Shown here: piece after piece, positions 29,679 through 36,789 of the stretch | Numbering within the stretch: position 1 is the stretch's first letter | Layout: each line of letters begins with the position of its first letter | Assembly: GCA_965205655.1 (NCBI GenBank) | Contig: CBDBIJ010000066.1 | Location: forward strand, 1-36,789 | Direction: 5' to 3' | Source of the DNA: Candidatus Latescibacterota bacterium | GTDB lineage: Bacteria > Latescibacterota > UBA2968 > UBA8231 | DNA: 36,789 nucleotides | Position numbers and translations under genes: made by a program | Notes under the pieces: model-generated | The model's database searches: none | Told to the model about the DNA's origin: nothing | Seen by the model: the letters and a program-made list of their open reading frames with translations, nothing else

Positions 29679-31126
29679 AGACGAACTGGCTCAGAGGCGC
29701 GACCGGAGTTGCAGTGGCCGGCATTATTGCGGCGAGCACCTGGTCCCGGCCCGCTTCCGCGGCGGAAACGATGTGGGGATTCACGCCAGGGCGCAACATG
29801 GTGTCCGAGGCGTCGAATCTGCCTTCGTCATGGAATGTCGACAGCGGCGACAACATCCTGTGGACGGCCGAGCTCGGCTCGCAGACCTACGCCGGACCGC
29901 TCGTCGTCGGGGACAAGATCATCGTCGGCACGAACAACGAGGCTCTTCGCAACCCGGCCCTGAAAGGCGATCGCGGCAACCTCATGGCGTTTTCGAGAGC
30001 GGACGGACGCTTCCTGTGGCAGGCGACACACACGAAGCTGCCCGCCGGCCGCGTCAACGACTGGCCGCTGCAGGGCGTTTGCTCGACACCGTACGCAGAA
30101 GGAGACCGGCTCTACTACGTTTCGAATCGCTGTGAGGTCGTGTGCGTCGACCTCGAGGGATTTCAGGACGGCGAAAACGACGGCCCCTTCGTTTCCGAAA
30201 GCGACACGAGCTCCATCGACGGCGACATCGTCTGGACACTCGACCTGATGGAGGAGCTCAATGTCTTTCCGCACAATCTGGCCACCAGCTCACCAGTGGG
30301 GGCGGGCGATCTCATCTTCCTCCTCACATCGAACGGCGTCGACGAGGGGCACATTCACATTCCGTCACCTTTCGCGCCGAGTTTCATCGCCGTCGACAAA
30401 AACACGGGAGAGGTGGTGTGGGAAGACGCCTCGCCGGGAATGAACATCCTGCACGGCCAGTGGTCGAACGCCTCCTACGGCGTCATGGGTGGACGCCAAC
30501 AAGCCGTCTTCCCGGGCGGCGACGGCTGGCTCTACTCCTTCGAGCCGAAGACGGGCAAACCGCTCTGGAAGTTCGATCTGAATCCGAAAGACTCCGTCTG
30601 GAAGCTCGGCGGCCGCGGCACCCGCAACAACATCATCTCCACACCCGTCATCGTCGATGATCGGGTCTACATCGCCGTCGGTCAGGATCCCGAGCACGGC
30701 GAAGGCGTCGGCCATCTGTATTGCATCGACGCCACGAAATCAGGCGACGTGACTGAAACCGCCGCGATCTGGCACTTGGGTGGCGACGACTACAAACGCA
30801 CAATGTCGACGGTGGCCGTTCACGACGGCCTGCTCTACACCGCAGACCTGAGCGGCTACGTCTACTGCCTCAATGCCGATACCGGCGAGAAGCTGTGGAC
30901 CTACGACAGCTTCGCGGCGATCTGGGGTTCACCGCTGGTGGCGGACGGCAAGGTCTACATCGGCGACGAGGACGGCGACGTGGCGGTGCTCAAAGAAGGC
31001 GACAAGCTCGAGGTGCTGGCCGAGATCCAGATGGGCAGCGCCGTCTACACGACGCCGCTCCCCGCAGACGGCGTGCTCTACATCGCCACCCGCAACAGGC
31101 TCTTCGCCATCGGCGCCGGCGAGTGA
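29675..31126 (+). CDS. Exported PQQ-binding-like beta-propeller protein
   Basis: Signal peptide (ASA-A), WG.TPGRNMVS, NILWTAELGSQTY, repeated STP/SSP and D..TG...W blades, WGSPLVADGKVY. ATGA overlap with the upstream gene. Confidence 0.88.
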   Translation: MKTNWLRGATGVAVAGIIAASTWSRPASAAETMWGFTPGRNMVSEASNLPSSWNVDSGDNILWTAELGSQTYAGPLVVGDKIIVGTNNEALRNPALKGDRGNLMAFSRADGRFLWQATHTKLPAGRVNDWPLQGVCSTPYAEGDRLYYVSNRCEVVCVDLEGFQDGENDGPFVSESDTSSIDGDIVWTLDLMEELNVFPHNLATSSPVGAGDLIFLLTSNGVDEGHIHIPSPFAPSFIAVDKNTGEVVWEDASPGMNILHGQWSNASYGVMGGRQQAVFPGGDGWLYSFEPKTGKPLWKFDLNPKDSVWKLGGRGTRNNIISTPVIVDDRVYIAVGQDPEHGEGVGHLYCIDATKSGDVTETAAIWHLGGDDYKRTMSTVAVHDGLLYTADLSGYVYCLNADTGEKLWTYDSFAAIWGSPLVADGKVYIGDEDGDVAVLKEGDKLEVLAEIQMGSAVYTTPLPADGVLYIATRNRLFAIGAGE

Positions 31127-31144
31127 GAAAGTGAGTGTGAGGCA

Positions 31145-32236
31145 ATGACGGCCGCGGCACAGATGAGTCTCGACGATTCGATATCGGCGGCGCGCCGGGA
31201 GCTCGACGACCATGTGCGCGATATCGTTCAGTGGCACTTCGACACGCAAAGGGGCAGCGAGTTCTGGCTGGATTACGCCCGGCAGCTCGACTTCGATCCG
31301 CGTGAGGCGATCCAGGGCTACGGCGATCTCCAACGGCTCGGTCACTTTCAGGATGAGTGGCTTCGCGGCGGACCGGTGCGGCGGTGGGTGCCGAAGGCCT
31401 TCGCCGACGAGGCGGTGTACGTGTTCGAGACCGGAGGATCCACCGGGATCCCGAAGAGTCGGATCAACATTCGCGACTTCGAAATCGACTACGAGCAGTT
31501 CAGCAATGCTCTGCCGGAAGACGGATTTCCCCGCGGCGCCGACTGGCTCATGCTCGGCCCGAGCGGCCCGCGACGGCTGCGGCTGGCGGTGGAGTTCCTG
31601 GCCCAGATCAGGGGCGGCATCTGCTTCTTCGTCGACATGGATCCGCGTTGGGTGACGGAGCTCATCAGGCAGGGAAGGCACCGGGAGGTGCAGGACTACT
31701 CCGCCCACATCATCGATCAGGGGCTCAAGCTGCTACGCTCTCACGATTCGATCCACTGTCTGTTCACGACACCGCGTTTGCTCGAAGCGCTGGGCCAGAA
31801 GATCGACCTCAACAAGGCCGGCATCAGGGGAATTTTCTGTGGCGGTACCGAGATGGACGCCCAGTTCAACCGCTTCGCCCGCGAGGAGCTCGTCCCCGGC
31901 ATCGAGTTCGTCCCCACCTACGGCAATACCCTCATGGGTCTGGCTCACCCCAAGCCCTTCGATCAATCAGATAACTTCGATGTCACCTATTATCCGCCCC
32001 AGCCGCGTGCCGTCATCGAGCTCGTCGACCCGAACGAGACGGACCGGGTCGTCGACTACGGCGAGACCGGCCGGGTTATGCTGACGACGCTGACACACGA
32101 GTTCTTCATGCCTCGCTTTCTCGAGCGGGACGAGGGTGAACGGGCACGGCCGGTCGAGCCGTATCCCTGGGATGGCGTCCGCAATGTGAGACTACTGCGA
32201 TCGCTCGAGGAGAGCGTCACGGTGGGCGTCTACTGA
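31145..32236 (+). CDS. EhpF/GriC-like atypical ANL-superfamily adenylating enzyme (arylcarboxylate reductase component)
   Basis: WHF...GSEFWL...LDFDP, ETGGSTGIPK (A3-like P-loop), GPSGP, FFVDMDPRWV, TTP, GGTE, YGNT, VDYGETGRV..T.L, PR..ERD and C-terminal GVY. From my recollection of Pantoea EhpF, the motif order and ~365 aa length match. Confidence 0.8.
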   Translation: MTAAAQMSLDDSISAARRELDDHVRDIVQWHFDTQRGSEFWLDYARQLDFDPREAIQGYGDLQRLGHFQDEWLRGGPVRRWVPKAFADEAVYVFETGGSTGIPKSRINIRDFEIDYEQFSNALPEDGFPRGADWLMLGPSGPRRLRLAVEFLAQIRGGICFFVDMDPRWVTELIRQGRHREVQDYSAHIIDQGLKLLRSHDSIHCLFTTPRLLEALGQKIDLNKAGIRGIFCGGTEMDAQFNRFAREELVPGIEFVPTYGNTLMGLAHPKPFDQSDNFDVTYYPPQPRAVIELVDPNETDRVVDYGETGRVMLTTLTHEFFMPRFLERDEGERARPVEPYPWDGVRNVRLLRSLEESVTVGVY

Positions 32237-33678
32237 TGCGCATCCCCCTCCTGAGAGCTGGACAGCCGTACCGGAGTCTCAAAGTCACGGAGTTGCGGCA
32301 CGTGGCCACTGGCGAGCCAGTGGCCGAGGTGAGCCAGGCGAATCAAGGGATCATTACTCGAGATCTACTGAACGCGCGAGAGAATCAGCGAGCGCTCGCG
32401 GCCAGCGGCGCTGACGAGCTCATCGATATCTGCCGGCGGGCGGCCGACCTGTTTCAAACTGCGGCGCTGCCGGTAGTCGGCGTTGAGGATGGCCAGCCGC
32501 TCCATACGCCGGACGATTACATCTCCTGCTTGTCGGCCACGACCGGTCTGCCTCACACGCTCTGCCGCTCGAACATGGAGAAGATCCGCCGCGTTTTGGC
32601 CCACATGGACGAGGTGATCGCCGGTCTCACGCGCGGCATGAATGCGGCCGTCCTCGACGAAGGTTGGGGGGTGCAGGATGGGCGCACTCTCAGCTACCGG
32701 CGTCAGACTGAAGCGCTGGGCGCGGTGCTGCCGAGCAACTCTCCCGGGGTGCACGGTCTGTGGCTGCCGTCGATTCCGCTCAAGGTACCGGTGGTGCTCA
32801 AACCCGGCAGCGAAGAGCCGTGGACGCCCTACCGAATCGCCGCGGCCCTTGTCGCAGCCGGTTGTCCGGAACAGGCAATCAGCCTCTACCCCACCGACTA
32901 CGGCGGCGCCACGCAGATCCTGTTGCACTGCGACCGCTCGCTTCTTTTCGGTGGAGGGGAGACCGTCCGGCCGTGGCTGGATGACCCCCGGATCGAGGTT
33001 CATGGCCCGGGTAGGAGCAAGATCCTACTCGGGGCCGACGAGGCGCGGCGCTGGGAGAAACACCTGGACCTGATAGTCGATTCGGTGGCGGCAAACGGCG
33101 GGCGCTCCTGCATTAACGCCTCCAGTGTGTGGACGACCGAACGAGGCCGCGATATCGCCGAGGCCGTCGCCGCAAGACTTGCCCAGATTGAACCGGCGCC
33201 GCTGGATGATCCCGGGGCGCAGATGGCCGCTTTCGCGAATCCGGAGGCAGCGACCCGGATTTCAGCAGCGATTGACCGACAACTGGGCCAGCCGGGGGCC
33301 GAAGATGTGACGATGGCGCACTATGGGACGAACGAACGAGTCGTCACGGTTGGCGGGTGCACGTTTCTCCGGCCGACGGCAATTCTTTGCACCGAACTGT
33401 CTCACCCGTTGGCGAACACGGAGTACCTCTTTCCCTTCGTCTCCGTCGTCGAGGTGAAGCAAGCCGAGATGTCACGGCGAATCGGACCATCTCTCGTGGC
33501 GACGGCCCTGACGGAAGACGAACGGCTCGTGGCCGACCTCATGGAAAGCGCCGATATCGACCGTCTCAACATCGGGCCGATTCCGACGCACCAGGTGTCG
33601 TGGGACCAGCCGCACGAGGGGAATCTGTTCGAGCACCTGTATCGGCAGCGCTCCTTTGCCACGGCGCTGCGGGCGTGA
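32236..33678 (+). CDS. Aldehyde dehydrogenase-fold acyl reductase, GriD/EhpG-like
   Basis: PSNSPG, LKPGSEEP, FGG, catalytic Cys in NGGRSCINAS and EYLFPF. HGPGRSK replaces the canonical ELGGK. TGATG overlap with the adenylating enzyme. Confidence 0.82.
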   Translation: MRIPLLRAGQPYRSLKVTELRHVATGEPVAEVSQANQGIITRDLLNARENQRALAASGADELIDICRRAADLFQTAALPVVGVEDGQPLHTPDDYISCLSATTGLPHTLCRSNMEKIRRVLAHMDEVIAGLTRGMNAAVLDEGWGVQDGRTLSYRRQTEALGAVLPSNSPGVHGLWLPSIPLKVPVVLKPGSEEPWTPYRIAAALVAAGCPEQAISLYPTDYGGATQILLHCDRSLLFGGGETVRPWLDDPRIEVHGPGRSKILLGADEARRWEKHLDLIVDSVAANGGRSCINASSVWTTERGRDIAEAVAARLAQIEPAPLDDPGAQMAAFANPEAATRISAAIDRQLGQPGAEDVTMAHYGTNERVVTVGGCTFLRPTAILCTELSHPLANTEYLFPFVSVVEVKQAEMSRRIGPSLVATALTEDERLVADLMESADIDRLNIGPIPTHQVSWDQPHEGNLFEHLYRQRSFATALRA

Positions 33679-33688
33679 GTCAACGGCC

Positions 33689-34795
33689 ATGAAAGTTCTC
33701 TTTGGCAGCCACGCCATCGACCGGCTCGGCGAACTCGCCCGCGAGCTGTGTAACGGCACCGTACTCGTGGTCACCGACCCCGGGATCGAGCAGGCCGGCA
33801 TAGTCGACAGGGCGTTGCAGTCGCTGCAGCGGGCATCGGTTGCGCACGCCGTGTTCACCGGGGTGGAGGAGAACCCGACGACGGCGCATGTCAGCGAGGG
33901 CGTCGCGTGTGCGCGGCAAGGTGATGAGGTACAGCTCATCGTCGGGCTCGGCGGCGGCAGCGCCATGGACTGCGCCAAGGGAGTCAACTTTCTGCTGTCG
34001 AACGGCGGCCGCATGGAGGACTACTGGGGCGACGGAAAAGCACAGGAGCCGATGCTGCCCTCTATCGGGATTCCTACCACCGCAGGAACGGGAAGCGAGG
34101 CCCAGCGCTACGCCCTCATCGCGCAGGAGGCGACGCATCGCAAGATGGCGTGCGGCGACGAGAAGGTTCGCTTCACCACTGCCATTCTCGATGCGGAGTT
34201 GATCGGCAGCGTGCCCAGAGGTGTGGCCGCCGCCGCCGGCATCGATGCTATCTCCCACGCGGTGGAGACCTACGTGGCGACGACGGCGACGCCATCTTCG
34301 AGGCTGCTGGCCCGACAGGCGCTGAAGCTGCTGGCAGCACACATCGAGGAGTACCTGGGCGATCCGCAGGCATCGGCGAGGGCCCGTCACAGGATGTTGT
34401 TGGGAGCTCACTGGGGCGGCGCGTCGATCGAGCGATCGATGCTGGGTGCCGCCCACGCCTGTGCGAATCCACTGACGGCGCGCTACGGCATCAAACACGG
34501 CGTCGCCGTGGGATTGATGCTGCCCCACGTGGTCGAGTTCAACAGCCAGGCCGTCAATGGCGAGTACGAAACGCTTGGCGCGGTGGTGGGTGGCGCCGGA
34601 TGCGAGTTCCTCGTGGAGCGCATTTTCGAGCTGAACCGCACTGCCGGACTGCCCGAGCGCCTGCGGGAGCTGGATGTGGAGGAGACGGACTTCTCCGACA
34701 TGGCGATGGAGGCAGCCGATCAGAAAACAGCCAGTTACAATCCCAGGCCTGTCGCCGCCGATGATCTGCAGACGCTCTACGAAGCGGCGTACTGA
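33689..34795 (+). CDS. Iron-containing alcohol dehydrogenase
   Basis: VVTDPG, ENPT, GLGGGSAMDCAK, IPTTAGTGSE, DAISHAVE, HACAN, KHG and NPR. Confidence 0.93.
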   Translation: MKVLFGSHAIDRLGELARELCNGTVLVVTDPGIEQAGIVDRALQSLQRASVAHAVFTGVEENPTTAHVSEGVACARQGDEVQLIVGLGGGSAMDCAKGVNFLLSNGGRMEDYWGDGKAQEPMLPSIGIPTTAGTGSEAQRYALIAQEATHRKMACGDEKVRFTTAILDAELIGSVPRGVAAAAGIDAISHAVETYVATTATPSSRLLARQALKLLAAHIEEYLGDPQASARARHRMLLGAHWGGASIERSMLGAAHACANPLTARYGIKHGVAVGLMLPHVVEFNSQAVNGEYETLGAVVGGAGCEFLVERIFELNRTAGLPERLRELDVEETDFSDMAMEAADQKTASYNPRPVAADDLQTLYEAAY

Positions 34796-36012
34796 AGCGC
34801 GAAATTGGACGCTCATTCACGTCGGCACGCTCCTCATCGCACTTCTCCTCGGGTGGAGTGCCCCCGGGGCAGCGAGCGCTGACACCGGTGTCGACAGCTG
34901 GCCTTCTTTTCGGGGGAACGCCCGGCAAACCGGCGTGGCGGCGATGCCACTGGCGCGCGAGCTCGAGCTTCAGTGGGCGTTCAGAATGGCGCCCGGCGAA
35001 GCGCCGGCGGCCAATGTCGACGTCGGGATCGAGTCGACGGCGGCTATTGCGGACGGCAGCGCGTATGTGGGAGGACTCGATTCACAGTTGTACGCCATTG
35101 CGCTCGGGGATGGCAAGCTGAAATGGAAATACGCCACTGCAGCGCCAGTGACAGCGTCTCCGGCCGTTTCGGGTGGCGCCGTCTTCTTCGGAGATGAGTC
35201 GGGCCTGTTCCACGCCGTCGACGCAGCTACAGGTAAGGGGCGTTGGACCTTTGCCACCGACGGAAAAATCACCGCGTCTGCCAACGCGGTGGAGGGCAAG
35301 GTCATCTTCGGCAGCTACGATACGAACCTCTATTGCCTGGCCGCGGATACGGGAGCGCAGATATGGCGGGCCGAGACCGAGGACTACGTTCACGGATCGC
35401 CCGCAGTGGCGGACAGTGTGGCGTTGACCGCCGGCTGTGACGGGTTTCTGAGACTCATCGATCATGCAGAGCGGGCAGCGAAGTTGCCCGCATCGAGCTC
35501 GGGACCTACGTCGGCGCCAGTCTTGCAATCGGCGACAGTGGCAGAGCCTACGTCGGCACGTTCGGCAATCGAGGTGCTCGGCATCAATCTCGTGACAGCG
35601 CCGGCGGATGAGTTGGCGCTACACAGCAGGGCTGAGAGACAGTCATCCCTTCTACGCTTCCGCCGCTGTGACCGCCGATGCAGATAGTCGCCATCGGCGG
35701 GTCGGGATCGGCTCCGTGCACGCCCTCGACCCGCACTCGGGCGCGTTGCTGTGGAGTTTTGAGGCGGCAGGCAAAGATCGACTCTTCGCCCAGTCGTCGC
35801 CGGCGACCGGGTATTTTTCGGATCGAATGACGGCCGGCACGTGTACACAGCCTCGAACCTGGCAACCGGGCAACCGCCGAATGGTCAGTTTGACAGCGGC
35901 TCTGCAATCACGGCGTCGCCGGCGAGTCGCCAGCAGGCCGGCTCGTCATCGGCACAGTGCAGACGGCGTCGCTCCTCTGCTTCGGCGGCAAAGACTGAGA
36001 CTGAAGGCATGA
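34761..36012 (+). CDS. Third exported PQQ-binding-like beta-propeller, several frameshifts after ~35470
   Basis: ATG 34761 gives a signal peptide (RRSTKRR...LLIALLLGWSAPGAASA), then WPSFRGNARQTG, ESTAAI, ASPAV, DAATGKGRW and HGSPAV. Propeller fragments continue across frames to the stop at 36012. Confidence 0.7.
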
Positions 36013-36789
36013 CAAAAGCCGGCAAACCCGGAACCGGCCACGACGCGACTGGACGAACTCCTCACGGAGACGGAGATCGGATCTGTCTTCGTTTCCAACT
36101 ACCCGCCCTACTCGTTCTGGAAGACGGAGGACGATCACACTGCCCACGCCGCCCTCGACGCTCCTGCAGTCGCGTCCCGCAGAACCGCCAGTCAGATCTC
36201 GGTCTCTATATCCACATCCCGTTCTGTCGCAAGCGCTGCAAGTTCTGCTATTTCCGGGTGTACACCGACAAGAATGCGAGTCAGATCCAGTCGTATCTCG
36301 ACGCCGATCTGAGTCGCGAGATCGAGCTCTACAGCCAGCTTCCACGAACCGACTGTCCGCCCTCTCAAGTTCGTCTACTTCGGCGGCGGCACGCCATCGT
36401 ATATCAGCGCCCGGCACCTGAAGGCATTCGTCAAGCAGGCAACCGCGGCGTTGCCATGGTCGGAGGCGGAGGAGATCGCATTCGAGTGCGAGCCGGGCAC
36501 TCTGACCGAGGCGAAGGTCGAGGCTATCGCGGACATTGGGGTGACCAGGCTCAGCCTCGGGGTGGAGAACCTGAACGACGCCATTCTCGCCGAAAACGGT
36601 CGCGCCCATTTGTCTCGCGAGGTGTACGAGGTGATGCCGTGGATCGAGGCGCGGCAGTTCGAACAGGTAAACGTCGATTTGATAGCGGGGATGACGGGGG
36701 AGACGTGGGAGAGCTGGCGCGAGACCGTGGCGCGGACGATCGATCTGGGAGCCGACAGCATCACGGTGTACCAGATGGAGCTGCCCTAC
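36009..36789 (+). CDS. HemN/HemW-like radical SAM enzyme (coproporphyrinogen III oxidase family), frameshifted, 3' truncated by window
   Basis: Not in the ORF track. ATG 36009 overlaps the upstream stop. SNYPPYSFW, LGLYIHIPFCRKRCKFCYF (CxxxCxxC at 36225-36248), YFGGGTPS, FECEPG, RLSLGVE, VNVDLIAGM.GET and YQME are spread over two frames. Confidence 0.88.
   Translation, partial: MTKAGKPGTGHDATGRTPHGDGDRICLRFQLPALLVLEDGGRSHCPRRPRRSCSRVPQNRQSDLGLYIHIPFCRKRCKFCYFRVYTDKNASQIQSYLDADLSREIELYSQLPRTDCPPSQVRLLRRRHAIVYQRPAPEGIRQAGNRGVAMVGGGGDRIRVRAGHSDRGEGRGYRGHWGDQAQPRGGEPERRHSRRKRSRPFVSRGVRGDAVDRGAAVRTGKRRFDSGDDGGDVGELARDRGADDRSGSRQHHGVPDGAAL

Noticed and set aside
31145..33678. Interpretation as a luxCE bioluminescence system or a complete phenazine cluster
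   Set aside because: The chemistry is analogous, but there are no luxAB, luxD or phzA-G genes in the window, and the motifs fit EhpF/GriC better than LuxE.
1..36789. CRISPR array, tRNA/rRNA, transposase, integrase or prophage genes
   Set aside because: No regularly spaced repeats, RNA gene signatures or mobile-element proteins were seen by eye, and intergenic gaps are short. An Infernal/tRNAscan run would be needed to exclude small RNAs.

Overview
GC-rich (roughly 60-65% by eye), gene-dense bacterial DNA from a diderm organism: it encodes an outer-membrane barrel, a lipoprotein and a flagellin. The multiple PhyH dioxygenases and exported PQQ-like propellers resemble Latescibacterota/Planctomycetota/Poribacteria-type genomes, but that is inference only. 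About 34 coding regions are visible, and I found no rRNA, tRNA, CRISPR array or transposase. Many genes carry single-base frameshifts, often in homopolymers, which most likely reflect long-read consensus errors. Two genes (a VOC protein and an ATP-dependent ligase) also appear to lack internal segments. Left part: korAB, two PhyH-family dioxygenases (one fused to a Nudix-like domain), a P-loop kinase, aldo/keto reductase, VOC, GNAT, TIM-barrel epimerase, thioesterase, a GDPD-like protein next to a PhnZ-like HD oxygenase, an M16 peptidase, a class III aminotransferase, DNA ligase and dgcN-dgcA. Middle: a C2H2 zinc-finger orphan, a lone flagellin with a sigma28-like promoter, hypothetical proteins, cfa, an amidase, and a module of outer-membrane barrel, cupredoxin-like protein and hybrid histidine kinase. 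The most striking element is the tightly coupled operon from about 27.4 kb to the window end. It has three exported PQQ-like beta-propellers surrounding an EhpF/GriC-like adenylating enzyme, a GriD/EhpG-like acyl reductase, an iron-containing alcohol dehydrogenase and a HemN-like radical SAM enzyme. No phenazine or aminohydroxybenzoate core genes are in view, so this is a candidate uncharacterised biosynthetic or cofactor pathway.
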